Shown: positions 34,368 to 44,505, counted from the first letter of the stretch. The stretch: DNA of 64,000 bases from an uncultured Gemmatimonadales bacterium (GCA_963816355.1 CAWFKH010000003.1:448001-512000), one strand, 5' to 3'. Notes: generated from the sequence alone by a model not told the origin. Made by a program: numbers and translations.

Positions 34368-34589
34368 ATGCAGCGGGGACAGAAGACGTGCGCGATCTGT
34401 GAGGCGGGGATCCGGCAGGTCAATTACAAGGACGACAAGACGCTTGGCCGCTTCATCACCGATCGGGGCAAGATTATGCCGCGCCGCCTGACCGGCGCGT
34501 GCGCGCGGCACCAGCGTCAGCTCACGACCGCGATCAAGCGGGCGCGCTACCTCGCGCTGCTGCCGTACATCGCGGGTCACGAAGGCTAG
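34368..34589 (+). CDS. rpsR: 30S ribosomal protein bS18 (zinc-binding C+ form)
   Basis: [31 protein letters not shown]. Confidence 0.97.
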   Translation: MQRGQKTCAICEAGIRQVNYKDDKTLGRFITDRGKIMPRRLTGACARHQRQLTTAIKRARYLALLPYIAGHEG

Positions 34590-34594
34590 GTCGG

Positions 34595-35521
34595 ATGGCG
34601 GCGCCCGGGAGAGGGCGCGGCTGGATGGTCATCCTGGGGCTGGCGCTGAGCGCGGCGACGCTCTCCGTCGTCCCTCCCGTGCTGCTCATCTTCGTGCCGC
34701 TCGGGATCACGCTGTTGGCGCTGGCACCGGGGCGGCCGTTTCTCCAGGTCGCCGGCGTCGTGCTGCTGGCGACGCTCTTCCTGGGCACTCCCGATGGCCG
34801 CGTCTGGTACGCCGAGCGGGGATGGGCGCTGACGCTGGGCGCCTGGTTCGTACTGGCGAGCGCGCTGCGGCCGCGGTGGCGCTTCCTGTCGCGGTCGCTC
34901 GCCAGCGTGGGGGCGTCGGCGGCGACGGTGGCGGCGATCTTCGCGGCGCGCGGGGGCTGGCGGCCGCTGGACGACGCGATCGGCCGGCGCTTCCGCGAGA
35001 GCGCGGCGCAGGTGGAGGCGCTGTGGCGGCAGGCGGGGCTCGGCAACTGGGCGCAGGAGCTGGCGAGCGCGGCATCGCGGGCCGCCGAGATGCAGGCGGT
35101 GCTCTACCCGGCGTTGCTGGCGCTAGCCTCGGTTGCGGCGCTCGGCGTCGCGTGGTGGGGCTACGGCCGGCTCGTGGGGGCGGAAGGCGAGCCGCTCGGA
35201 GCGCTGCGGGACTTCCGTTTCCGGGACGAGCTGGTGTGGCTGGCGATCGCGGGTCTTCTGCTGGCGCTGCTTCCCCTCGGCGCGGCCGCCGGCCGGATCG
35301 GCGAGAACCTGCTCGTCGTGATGGCGGCGCTGTACGCCGTGCGCGGCAGCGGCGTGCTGCTGTCGATGGTGCGCAAGCCGAGCCCGCTGGGGGCGGTGGT
35401 GGCGGCGCTTCTGTTGTTGCTGCTCTACCCGTTCGTCATGGGGGCGGCGCTGGTGGTGGGGCTTTCGGATACGTGGCTCGACTTCCGCACGCGGCGCGGC
35501 GAGGCGGGCGGAGCATCGTGA
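34595..35521 (+). CDS. DUF2232/YybS-like membrane protein
   Basis: Multi-TM; FRFRDELVW and GLSDTWLDFR; typical position between rpsR and rplI. Confidence 0.82.
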   Translation: MAAPGRGRGWMVILGLALSAATLSVVPPVLLIFVPLGITLLALAPGRPFLQVAGVVLLATLFLGTPDGRVWYAERGWALTLGAWFVLASALRPRWRFLSRSLASVGASAATVAAIFAARGGWRPLDDAIGRRFRESAAQVEALWRQAGLGNWAQELASAASRAAEMQAVLYPALLALASVAALGVAWWGYGRLVGAEGEPLGALRDFRFRDELVWLAIAGLLLALLPLGAAAGRIGENLLVVMAALYAVRGSGVLLSMVRKPSPLGAVVAALLLLLLYPFVMGAALVVGLSDTWLDFRTRRGEAGGAS

Positions 35522-35534
35522 GGAGAGAGGAACG

Positions 35535-35996
35535 ATGAAGACGACGAAGGTGATCCTCCGGGAGACGATCGAGAAGCTCGGCGACGAAGGCGAGGTCGTG
35601 AGCGTCCGCCCGGGCTACGCGCGCAACTACCTCCTTCCGCACGGCTTCGCCTACGAGGCGACGGAAGGCAACCTGCAGCGGCTGGAGGAAGAGCGGCGTC
35701 GGAAGGCGGAGGTGGCGCGGCGTGATCTGCTGGAGGCGAAGCGGCGCGCGGCGGCGCTGGAGGCGATCTCGATGACGTTTCACGCGCGGGCGGGGGAGGA
35801 GTCGAAGCTGTTCGGTTCGATTACCGCTTCCGACATCGCGGAACGGCTTTCGGAGCAGGGCCTCGATTTCGACGTGGACCGGCGCGACATCGACCTCGAG
35901 GAGCCGATCAAGAGCCTGGGCGTCTATTCGGTGCCGGTGAAGCTGCACGCGGAGGTCCGGCCCGAGATCAAGGTCTGGGTGGTGAAGGAGGAGTAG
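35535..35996 (+). CDS. rplI: 50S ribosomal protein bL9
   Basis: VRPGYARNYLLP, KLFGSIT, PIKSLG. Confidence 0.98.
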   Translation: MKTTKVILRETIEKLGDEGEVVSVRPGYARNYLLPHGFAYEATEGNLQRLEEERRRKAEVARRDLLEAKRRAAALEAISMTFHARAGEESKLFGSITASDIAERLSEQGLDFDVDRRDIDLEEPIKSLGVYSVPVKLHAEVRPEIKVWVVKEE

Positions 35997-36000
35997 GCGG

Positions 36001-36384
36001 GTGGGTGAGCCGAACTTGTCGCAATCCCTTTCGCCGCCCGCCGACACCCCCGCGGAAGTGACGCGCGCCGCGGAGGTGGCGTGCGATCGCAAGGCGCGCG
36101 ACGTTCTTCTGCTGGACCTGCGCGGCATCTCCAACGCGACCGATTTCTTCCTCATCGCGAGCGGCACGTCGGACCTTCACGTGCGCTCGATCGCGGACAA
36201 CATCATCGAGCGGTTGAAGGCGGACGACGTGCGACCGGACCATGTGGAAGGCCTGAAGGGCGGACACTGGGTGCTGATCGACTACGTCGACTTCGTGGTT
36301 CACGTCTTCCATCCGGCGGCCCGCGACTTCTACCAGCTCGAGCGGCTCTGGGGCGACGCGCCCGCGTATCCGATCGAGGACTGA
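36001..36384 (+). CDS. rsfS: Ribosome silencing factor
   Basis: DRKARDV, DFFLIASG, WVLIDYVDFVVHVF, RDFYQLERLWGDA. Confidence 0.96.
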   Translation: MGEPNLSQSLSPPADTPAEVTRAAEVACDRKARDVLLLDLRGISNATDFFLIASGTSDLHVRSIADNIIERLKADDVRPDHVEGLKGGHWVLIDYVDFVVHVFHPAARDFYQLERLWGDAPAYPIED

Positions 36385-36524
36385 GGGCGCACGTCGAGGA
36401 GCGAGGCCGCCGGGCCGCCGGGGCTTTTGCCGCCCGGCCGGCCGCCTTATGATTCCACCTTCAAAGCCGTGAGGCGAGCGCCGCGCGCCGTGACGCGTCG
36501 CATCCTACCCCGTCCGCGAAGTCC

Positions 36525-37895
36525 GTGATGGCCGAAGCCTGGCAACGCGTCGTCGCCTTCGACCCGGCGGCGGAACCGGTTCCCCCGCCTCTCGATGACC
36601 TCGTGCGTCGTGCGGCCGGCGAGGCGTCGGCGCTACTGATCGTCGCGGGCGGGCAGGCGCACGCCGACGGCTGGGCGGCGGCCGCCGCGGCGCGGATCGC
36701 GCGCGAGCTCGCGCGCGCGGGACGCCGCGTCGTCCTTGCCGACGCCGCCTTCGAGGATCCCCGTCTCACCTCCTTCCTGGCGCCGGACGCGGACGGCGAA
36801 GGCCTGATCGAGGCGTTGCTCTACGGCGCATCGCTCGACCACGTCGGAAGGGTGCTCCCGGACGAGCCGTTCGAGCTGGCTCCGGCGGGAACGGCATACC
36901 CGGACGTGGGCGTTCTGCTCTTCTCGCCCGCGTGGTCGACGCTCCTGGATACGGCTGCGGCCGAGGGCGCGACGGTGGCCGTCTACGCACCGGCGTCGGC
37001 GCCGGGCGTTTCCGGACTCGCCGGGCGTATCGGAAGCGTCGTCGTGCTCGCGACGGCCGCCGAGGCGGAGCGCATCGTGAGCCTGCTGCCGCCCGACGCC
37101 GGCGTGGAGGCGGTGCTGTCGCCGGCTCCGGCGCCGACGCCGGCGCCGGCGCCGGGCGCGCCGCCTCGAGCGGGCGTGCCCGAGGCGACCGAGGCCCGCG
37201 CCGAGGGTGCGGCGGCTGCTCCGGAGCGGGGCGGGGGAGGGCTGCCGTTCCGCATCGCGCTCGCCGTGGCGCTCGTGCTCGCGGCGGCATGGTTCGGCTG
37301 GGACCGCTGGGGGAGGGACGACGCTCGGCAGAGCGCGCCGGTGGACGACGCGGCGCCGGCGGCGGACAGCGCGGCGGAGGCGGCCGCCGCGGCGGAGGGC
37401 ACACCGCTGCCTTACTCCGTAGCGGTGGAGTCGTATCCGGACACGGCCGAAGCGCTGCGACGCGCCGACGTGCTGCGGGGAAGGGAACCGGACGTGAAGT
37501 TCTTCGTGGCGCCGATTCTCCTGGACAGCGTCGTCTATTATCGCGTGATGGCGGGGCCGCTGGCCGACAGCGCATCGGCGGCGGCGCTGATGCGGCAGCT
37601 CGTCGCGCGCGGCGTCAAGAACGGTCCCGACGACTGGTCGGTGCGGCCGACGCCGTGGGCGTTCCAGGTCGGCGAGGACGCGCCAATGGAGGAGGCGCTC
37701 GCACGGGTGGCGTCGCTGCGCGAGCGCGGTGTGCCGGCCTACGTCGTGACGACGGGGCTGGCGGACGGCGAGACCTACCGGGTGTACGCGGGCGCGTTCG
37801 AAGGTCCCGCGCTGGCCGATCTGATGGGGAAGATGCTGCAGCAGGCCGGGGTCGACGCGCGCCTGGTCCGACGCACTGGACGCGCACCGGAATGA
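36525..37895 (+). CDS. Bitopic protein: degenerate MinD/CpsD-like N-domain, TM helix, C-terminal SPOR-like domains
   Basis: GRRVVLADA...EGLIEALLYG; TM IALAVALVLAAAWFGW; YYRVMAGP and YRVYAGAF SPOR-like motifs; TATGAT -10 at 36448. Confidence 0.7.
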   Translation: MMAEAWQRVVAFDPAAEPVPPPLDDLVRRAAGEASALLIVAGGQAHADGWAAAAAARIARELARAGRRVVLADAAFEDPRLTSFLAPDADGEGLIEALLYGASLDHVGRVLPDEPFELAPAGTAYPDVGVLLFSPAWSTLLDTAAAEGATVAVYAPASAPGVSGLAGRIGSVVVLATAAEAERIVSLLPPDAGVEAVLSPAPAPTPAPAPGAPPRAGVPEATEARAEGAAAAPERGGGGLPFRIALAVALVLAAAWFGWDRWGRDDARQSAPVDDAAPAADSAAEAAAAAEGTPLPYSVAVESYPDTAEALRRADVLRGREPDVKFFVAPILLDSVVYYRVMAGPLADSASAAALMRQLVARGVKNGPDDWSVRPTPWAFQVGEDAPMEEALARVASLRERGVPAYVVTTGLADGETYRVYAGAFEGPALADLMGKMLQQAGVDARLVRRTGRAPE

Positions 37896-40800
37896 AGCTC
37901 CGCAGGCTCACGCTCCACGGCTTCAAGTCGTTCGCCGACCGCACCGATCTCCGTTTCCACGATGGCATCACCGCCATCGTCGGTCCGAACGGCTGCGGCA
38001 AGTCCAACATCAGCGATGCGATTCGCTGGGTCCTGGGAGAGCAGCGCGCTTCGGCGATCCGAAGCTCGCGCATGGACGAGGCGATCTTCCAGGGGACGAG
38101 CGACCGCCGCCGGCTGAACCGCGCCGAGGTCGAGCTGGGCTTCGAGAACGAGGACCGCCGTCTCGCCGTGCCGTACGACGAGGTCGAGATCCGGCGTACG
38201 GTCTTTCGCGAGGGCGGCAGCGACTACGAGCTGAATCGCAGCAGCGTTCGGCTGCGCGACATCCTCGAAATCTGCCGCGACACCGGTCTCGGCGCCAACG
38301 CCTACACGATCATCGAACAGGGGATGGTCGACGCGATCCTCTCCGACCGCACGGAGGATCGCCGCAACCTGTTCGAGGAGGCCGCCGGCGTCGGCCGCTA
38401 CAAGGACCGCCGCGGCGCGGCGCAGCGCCGCCTCGAGGCGACCGAGGGCGATCTCGCCCGCCTCGACGACATCATCGCCGAGGTCGGCTCGAAGGTGCGC
38501 GCGCTCGCTCGCCAGCGGCGGCGGGCGGAGCAGCACCGCGAGTTGCGCGCCCGCCGTCTGGCGGTCGAGATCGCGGTCGCGCGCGCGGACCTCGCGGAGG
38601 TCGAGGCGGAGCTGGCGGCGGTCTCCGCGCGGTTGGGCGACGTCGCGAGCGAGGATCCGGCGGCGCGCACCGCGCTCAGCACGGCGGAGACGGAGCTCGA
38701 GCGGCGTCGGCTGGCGGCGGTGGAGGCGAGCCGCGTCCGCAACGCCACGGCGGAGCGGCTGGAAGGCGCGAACCGCGAGATTGCGTCCCTGGAGCGGGAG
38801 CTCGCGGTGGCGGCGGAGCGGCGGACCCACGCGCTGCGACGGCTGGAACAGATCGAGGCCGAGCGCTCCGACCTCACGGCGCGGCGTTCGACGCTGGAGG
38901 AGGAGGGCGTTGCGCTCGAAGCGGAGCGCGACATCCAGCGTGGCGAGACGGACGCGCTGGCGGCGCGGCTGGACGAGGTGCAGGTGCGGCTGCAGGAGCG
39001 ACGTCGTCTGCTGGTCGAATCGCGTCAGGAGGACGAGCGGCTGCGGGCGCGCGAGGAGGAGCTCTCGCGCAAGATGACGCGGGCGCAGGCGGAGGCGGCG
39101 GGGGCGGACGCGCGCGCCACGGAGTTGAAACGGCGCCTGGAGCGGATCGACCGCGAGCGGGAGGAGCTGGAGGGAGAGCTCGTGCGGCTCGACGAGCAGG
39201 GCGACCTCTTCGCATCGCGCACGCGGGAAACCGCCGCGGCGATGACGGAGCTGGAGGAGCAGCGCGAGCAGGCGTCGGTGCGGCTGGAGGCGCTGCGCCG
39301 CGAGGAGGCGGAGGCGCGTCGCCATCTCGTCGAGGCGGAGGACCGGGCGAACCTGCTCGCGACCCGGCACGCCACGCTGGAGTCGCTCGACCGCGAGTTC
39401 CACGGCTTCGCGCCGACCGTCGCCGCGCTGCTCACCCGGCGCGGCGACGTGGACGGGCTGCTCGGGCCGGTGGCGGAGTTCCTCGAGCTGGACGAGGCTC
39501 GGGCGGCTCAGGTGGAGGCGTCGCTCAAGTCGCTGTTGCAGGTGCTCGTGGTGCACGACGACGCCGCGATCGAACGCGTGCGCGCGTTGCTCTCGGCGGA
39601 GAAGAGCTCCGAGGGTGCGGTCGCGCTGCTGCGCCTCGAGGAAGTCGCGGCGCTCGAGGAGCTGCTCGGCCACGTGCGCTTCGCGGGACGGGCGGCGGAC
39701 GAGCCGACGATCCTCGGCCGCCGCGCACGCATCGCCGCGCTCCAGGCGGAGGCGGAGACGGCGTCGGCAGAGGCGGAGGAGCGGCGCTCCGATCGCGCGC
39801 GCTTCTCCGACGCGCTCGAGGAGGCGGAGCGCGATCTGCGCGGCCTGGAGGAGCGCCTGCGGGAGCTGGACCTCGAGCTGCGGCGCGCGCACGCGGACGA
39901 AGCGGCGCGCGCGGGGCGGCAGAAGCAGGTGCACCGCAGCCGGGAAGAGCTGGAGCAGCAGAAGCGGCAGATGCAGCAGGGCAACGACCGCGGGCGGCGC
40001 GAATCGGCCAAGCTGCGTGCGCAGCAGGAGGAGCTCGTGGCGGCACTGGACGCCGTCCGCGACGAGCGGCGGGCGGCGCTCCGGCTGGTGGCGGAGCGCG
40101 AGGCCGCGTGGGACGCGCTGCGCGAGGAGGAGGCGGAGATACGCGTGCTGCACGCACGCGCCGAGAGCGCGCTCGGCGCGCTGGAGCGGCGGCTGGCGCT
40201 CACCGGCGAGAGCGTGAAGCTGGCGGGATCGCGCCTCGGCGTGCTCGGCGAGGAGGAAGCGGAGCACCGGCGGTCGCTGCAGCAGATCGAGCGTCTGGAG
40301 GAGGAGTCGCAGGGCGTCCTGGAGGGGCTCTTCGGTGCGCGCGACGAGCTCGGCCGCGAGCTGCGCGACCTCGACGAGAAAGCGGAGGCGGAGCGCCGCG
40401 CGATCGACGCGTTGGAGGCCGAGGCGCGTGCGCTGCGGCGGTCGGTCGACGAGGTGGGCGAGACGCGCCACCAGCTCGAGCTGCGCCGCTCTCACCTCGA
40501 GAACGCGGAGCGCAGCGTGCGCGAGCGGCTCGAGGCGGAGTGGGGCCGGCCCTACGACGTCCTGGCTGCGTCGGCGATGCCCGCGGAAGGCGAGGTCGAG
40601 CCGCTGCGCGAGGAGGCACGGCGGCTCGCGGCCGAGCTGGAGCGGCTCGGGCCGGTCAACCTGCTCGCGATCGAGGAGTACGAGGAAGAGCGGCAACGGC
40701 TGGAGTTCCTCACCACGCAGAGGGACGATCTGGTGCGGGCGAAGGAGGAGCTGCAGACCGCCATCCGTGAGATCAACCGCACGGCGCGAGAGCTGTTCGA

Positions 40801-41263
40801 GACGACGTTCGGCCAGGTGCGGGAGAACTTCCGCCGCACCTTCGACGCGCTGTTCGAGGGCGGCGAGTGCGACGTCTGGCTCGCGGACGAGGCTGACCCG
40901 CTCGAGTCGCCGATCGAGGTCTCGGCCTCGCCGCGCGGCAAGCGGACGCAGCGCATCCACCAGCTCAGCGGCGGCGAGCGAGCGCTCACCGCGCTCGCGC
41001 TGCTCTTCGCGATCTACCTCGTGAAGCCGAGTCCGTTCTGCGTCCTGGACGAGGTCGACGCGCCGCTCGACGAAGCGAACATCGATCGGTTCCTGCGCAT
41101 GCTGGAACGATTCAAGGCGGAGACGCAGTTCATCATCATCACGCACAACCCGCGCACGATGGAAGCCGCCGACTGGATCTACGGCGTGACGATGGAGGAG
41201 CCGGGCGTCAGCTCGATCGTCGGCGTCCGTATGGCCGAGATCGTGAGCGGCAACGGTGGCTGA
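37892..41263 (+). CDS. smc: Chromosome segregation protein SMC (short hinge)
   Basis: GFKSF, GPNGCGKSN, EQG Q-loop, coiled coils, GPVNL, LSGGE, LDEVDAPLD, ITH; ATGA overlap. Confidence 0.96.
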   Translation: MKLRRLTLHGFKSFADRTDLRFHDGITAIVGPNGCGKSNISDAIRWVLGEQRASAIRSSRMDEAIFQGTSDRRRLNRAEVELGFENEDRRLAVPYDEVEIRRTVFREGGSDYELNRSSVRLRDILEICRDTGLGANAYTIIEQGMVDAILSDRTEDRRNLFEEAAGVGRYKDRRGAAQRRLEATEGDLARLDDIIAEVGSKVRALARQRRRAEQHRELRARRLAVEIAVARADLAEVEAELAAVSARLGDVASEDPAARTALSTAETELERRRLAAVEASRVRNATAERLEGANREIASLERELAVAAERRTHALRRLEQIEAERSDLTARRSTLEEEGVALEAERDIQRGETDALAARLDEVQVRLQERRRLLVESRQEDERLRAREEELSRKMTRAQAEAAGADARATELKRRLERIDREREELEGELVRLDEQGDLFASRTRETAAAMTELEEQREQASVRLEALRREEAEARRHLVEAEDRANLLATRHATLESLDREFHGFAPTVAALLTRRGDVDGLLGPVAEFLELDEARAAQVEASLKSLLQVLVVHDDAAIERVRALLSAEKSSEGAVALLRLEEVAALEELLGHVRFAGRAADEPTILGRRARIAALQAEAETASAEAEERRSDRARFSDALEEAERDLRGLEERLRELDLELRRAHADEAARAGRQKQVHRSREELEQQKRQMQQGNDRGRRESAKLRAQQEELVAALDAVRDERRAALRLVAEREAAWDALREEEAEIRVLHARAESALGALERRLALTGESVKLAGSRLGVLGEEEAEHRRSLQQIERLEEESQGVLEGLFGARDELGRELRDLDEKAEAERRAIDALEAEARALRRSVDEVGETRHQLELRRSHLENAERSVRERLEAEWGRPYDVLAASAMPAEGEVEPLREEARRLAAELERLGPVNLLAIEEYEEERQRLEFLTTQRDDLVRAKEELQTAIREINRTARELFETTFGQVRENFRRTFDALFEGGECDVWLADEADPLESPIEVSASPRGKRTQRIHQLSGGERALTALALLFAIYLVKPSPFCVLDEVDAPLDEANIDRFLRMLERFKAETQFIIITHNPRTMEAADWIYGVTMEEPGVSSIVGVRMAEIVSGNGG

Positions 41264-43739
41264 GCGACGGCGTCCGGCCGCCCTGTTCGCGGCCGCCTCG
41301 GTCGCGGCGCTCGCGACGGCGCTCGCCGGCCTCTTCGTGCGCGACGCCGCCCCGCCCGCCGGGCGGCCGCGGCTCGTCTGGATCTTCTTCGACTCGGCCG
41401 CCGCCGCTTCGGATGCGCCGCCAGCCCTGTCGCCGGCCGCGCTGGAGCGGCGGCGCGAGCAGGGGGTCCGCCTGCTCGCGGGTGACCGGCCGATCCCGCC
41501 GCGACTGCTCGACGAGATCGAGCGCGCCGGGGGGCGCGTCCGCGCGCGGAGCCGCTGGCTGCGCGCCGTCAGCGCATGGGCGGATGCGGACGCGGTGCGG
41601 CGGATCGCGGCGCTGCCCGACGTGCGCGCCGTCGGCCCCGTCGCCACGCTGCGGTCCACGTCCGTTCCGGGCGCTTCGCGCGGCGCGTGGCGGGCGCCGT
41701 CCCCGGATGGCGGGCCCGGTTCCGCCACGGCCTCTGCGGGCGCGGGTCGCGGGGCGGCCTCCCAGGCGGCGCAGGCGGGCTCCGGGTGCGCGGTAGCGGA
41801 CGACCCCAGCTTCCCGAGCCCGGCGTCCTACGGCGACCTCTACCCCGCGCTCCAGCAGATGCGGGTGCCGGGGGTGCACGGGCTCGGCCTGAGTGGGCGC
41901 GGCGTGCGCATCGGCGTCCTGGACACCGGCTTCGAGCCGGGCCACAACAGCCTCTCCCCTCTCGTGGTCGAGAACGCGCGGGACTTCATCGGCGACGACG
42001 CGGTGGTTTCGGACGAGCCGGGCGACGTGACGTCCCCCGAGGACCCGGAGGACCACGGCACGTGGGTCTGGTCGATCCTCGCCGGCTGCGCCCCGGGGCG
42101 CCTGGTAGGGCCGGCCTTCGGCGCCCGCTTCCTGCTGGCGAAGGTGGAGGATCCGAACCACGACGTGCAGGCGAACGAGGACCGCTGGGTCCAGGGACTC
42201 GAATGGGCCGACTCGCTCGGCGCGCGCGTCGTCAATTCATCCCTCGCCTACCGCCTCTTCGACGACGGCACGTCCTACGCCTTCGACCAGCTCGACGGCG
42301 ACCAGCTCGCTTCGACGCGCGCCGCGGACGCCGCCGCGCGCCGCGGCGTTCTCGTCGTCAACGCGATCGGCAACCGGGGGCCGGAGCTCGGGTCGCTGAT
42401 GGCGCCCGCCGACGCCGACAGCATCATCGCCGTGGGCGCGGCGGACGCGGCCGGACAGCCCATCCCCAGCTCGTCGCGGGGGCCCACGGCCGATGGCCGC
42501 CTCAAGCCCGATCTCATGGCGCGGGGGCTGAACCTGCCCGCCGCCGACCCTGCCGCGCCGGACGCGTACAAGCCGGCGCTCGTCGGGACGAGCTTCGCCA
42601 CACCGCTCGTGAGCGGGGCGGCGGCCCTCTTCATGGAGGCGTGGCCGAATCTCACGGCGGCGGCGGCGCGGTCCGCGTTGCTGCTCGCCGGCTCGAACGC
42701 CGAGCGAGCGAACAACAACGTCGGCTGGGGTGTGCCGGATGTGCTCTCCGCCATCTCGTTCCCACAGGGGATCACGCCGTTCGCGGTGCTCGGCACCGAC
42801 GCGAACGGCGCGTTCACGACGCTCACGCCGACTTTCCGCTGGACCGTGCCGCTGCTGCATGAGAGTGCGCGCCCGGTCCGCTACTTCCTCGAGCTGGCGA
42901 GCGATTCGCTCTTCGCGAACGTGCTCGCCAGGGATTCGGTCGGGGACGCGCTCGCGGTCGCGCTGCGGCGCCCGATCGCGCCGAGCCCGGCGGTGTGGTG
43001 GCGCATCGTCGCCGTCGCCGCCAACGGCGTCACGCGGGTCAGCCCGCGCGGAGGGCCGCTGTCGATCCCGGCGTGGGTGCGCCTGACGACGCTGAACAAC
43101 ACGAGCGGCAACTTCGTCGGAACGGCGCGGCCGACGTTCACATGGCACGCCCTGGGCGCCTCGCCGCCGGTCGGGCCGCTCGTCTTCACCCTACAGGTGC
43201 TCGCGGCCGGATCGGGTGCGGTCGTGCGCACGGTGGGCGGCGTGACCGACACGACCACCACGCTCACCGAGCCGCTCACCTTCAACGTGGCGTACCGCTG
43301 GCGCGTGATCGCCGCGTCTCCGCTCGGCGTGGCCGACACGGTGCAGAGCGTGGCGCCGTTCGTCGTCGTCAGCGAGAGCGCACCCCCCTCGACGCAGCTC
43401 TATCAGAACTTCCCGAATCCATTCCCGGCGGACGCCTCGCCGGACGGCACGACGCACTTCTGGTTCGACCTCTCCGAGCACAGCCGCGTCGAGCTGGCGG
43501 TCTACGACCTGCGCGGCCGCACGGTGCGCCGGCTGGCCCCGCTCCCCGGTTGCGGGCCCGTGGAGCTCGACGCCGGACTCTACGGCCGCGGCGAGTCGCC
43601 GTCCCCCAACCCCTGCGTCTCGACGACGTGGGATGGGCGCGACGACGCCGGCCGCCTCATGCCCGCCGGCGTCTACATCGCGCGCCTGCGCGCGGCCGGC
43701 GGCGTGCACGTCGTTCGCGTCCTCTTCCTGCGCCGCTGA
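41256..43739 (+). CDS. Secreted S8 serine peptidase with C-terminal FlgD-Ig/T9SS-CTD-like domain
   Basis: Catalytic triad VLDTG, DHGT, GTSFATP; QNFPNPF...VYDLRGR...WDGRD...GVY. Confidence 0.9.
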   Translation: MAERRRPAALFAAASVAALATALAGLFVRDAAPPAGRPRLVWIFFDSAAAASDAPPALSPAALERRREQGVRLLAGDRPIPPRLLDEIERAGGRVRARSRWLRAVSAWADADAVRRIAALPDVRAVGPVATLRSTSVPGASRGAWRAPSPDGGPGSATASAGAGRGAASQAAQAGSGCAVADDPSFPSPASYGDLYPALQQMRVPGVHGLGLSGRGVRIGVLDTGFEPGHNSLSPLVVENARDFIGDDAVVSDEPGDVTSPEDPEDHGTWVWSILAGCAPGRLVGPAFGARFLLAKVEDPNHDVQANEDRWVQGLEWADSLGARVVNSSLAYRLFDDGTSYAFDQLDGDQLASTRAADAAARRGVLVVNAIGNRGPELGSLMAPADADSIIAVGAADAAGQPIPSSSRGPTADGRLKPDLMARGLNLPAADPAAPDAYKPALVGTSFATPLVSGAAALFMEAWPNLTAAAARSALLLAGSNAERANNNVGWGVPDVLSAISFPQGITPFAVLGTDANGAFTTLTPTFRWTVPLLHESARPVRYFLELASDSLFANVLARDSVGDALAVALRRPIAPSPAVWWRIVAVAANGVTRVSPRGGPLSIPAWVRLTTLNNTSGNFVGTARPTFTWHALGASPPVGPLVFTLQVLAAGSGAVVRTVGGVTDTTTTLTEPLTFNVAYRWRVIAASPLGVADTVQSVAPFVVVSESAPPSTQLYQNFPNPFPADASPDGTTHFWFDLSEHSRVELAVYDLRGRTVRRLAPLPGCGPVELDAGLYGRGESPSPNPCVSTTWDGRDDAGRLMPAGVYIARLRAAGGVHVVRVLFLRR

Positions 43740-43743
43740 GGCG

Positions 43744-44505
43744 ATGAACGTCGTCGTCATCGGCTCGGGAACGGTCGCGCTGCAGCCGGACCGCGTCTGC
43801 GCCGGCTATTATGTGGAAGCGGGGCCGCATCGGATCCTTCTCGATTGCGGCCCCGGCACCCCGCACCAGCTCGCGCGCTTCGGCCTGCCCTGGGAACGGG
43901 TCACGCACGTCGCGCTGAGCCACTTCCACACGGACCACGTGGCCGGACTTCCGCTGCTCCTCTTCGCCATGCGCTTCGGACTCGCCGAGCCGCGCCGCGA
44001 GCCGCTCGGGATCTGCGGGCCGCCCGGAACCGGCGGGCTGCTCGTCCGCCTCGCCGACGCGTTCGGCGACTACATGCGCGACCCCGGCTTCCCGCTCGAC
44101 CTCCACGAGATGGAGGACGCGGCCACCCTGGACCTCGAAGGCGGCATCACGCTCGCGGCCCACCGCACGCCGCACACCGAGGCGTCGCTCGCCTACCGGC
44201 TCGACGCCGCCGACGGCTCGATCGGCTATACCGGCGACACCGGCATGTCCGATTCGCTCGGCGATTTCTTCGCCGGCGTCGGTCTCCTGATCGCGGAGTG
44301 TTCGCTGCCCGACGAGCAGAGCATGGAAAGCCACATGACGCCCACGCGAGTGGCCGCCCTCGCCCGCCGTGCGCGCCCCGCGCGCCTTCTGGTGACCCAC
44401 GTCTATCCCCAGCTCGAGGGGCGTGACCTTGCCGCTCTCATCCGCGACGCCGGCTGGAGCGGCGCCCTCGATTTCGCCCGCGACGGCATGCGAATCGGTA
44501 TCTGA
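43744..44505 (+). CDS. MBL-fold metallo-hydrolase (RNase Z-like)
   Basis: LLDCG, SHFHTDH, YTGDT, LVTH. Confidence 0.88.
   Translation: MNVVVIGSGTVALQPDRVCAGYYVEAGPHRILLDCGPGTPHQLARFGLPWERVTHVALSHFHTDHVAGLPLLLFAMRFGLAEPRREPLGICGPPGTGGLLVRLADAFGDYMRDPGFPLDLHEMEDAATLDLEGGITLAAHRTPHTEASLAYRLDAADGSIGYTGDTGMSDSLGDFFAGVGLLIAECSLPDEQSMESHMTPTRVAALARRARPARLLVTHVYPQLEGRDLAALIRDAGWSGALDFARDGMRIGI

Noticed and set aside
34365..34368. Absence of ssb/priB between rpsF and rpsR
   Set aside because: A common arrangement in many phyla; no remnant visible
36932..37891. Apparent 320-aa N-terminal extension of SMC in the ORF track
   Set aside because: SMC begins at MKLRRLTLHGFKSF (37892); the upstream part is an off-frame read of the SPOR gene
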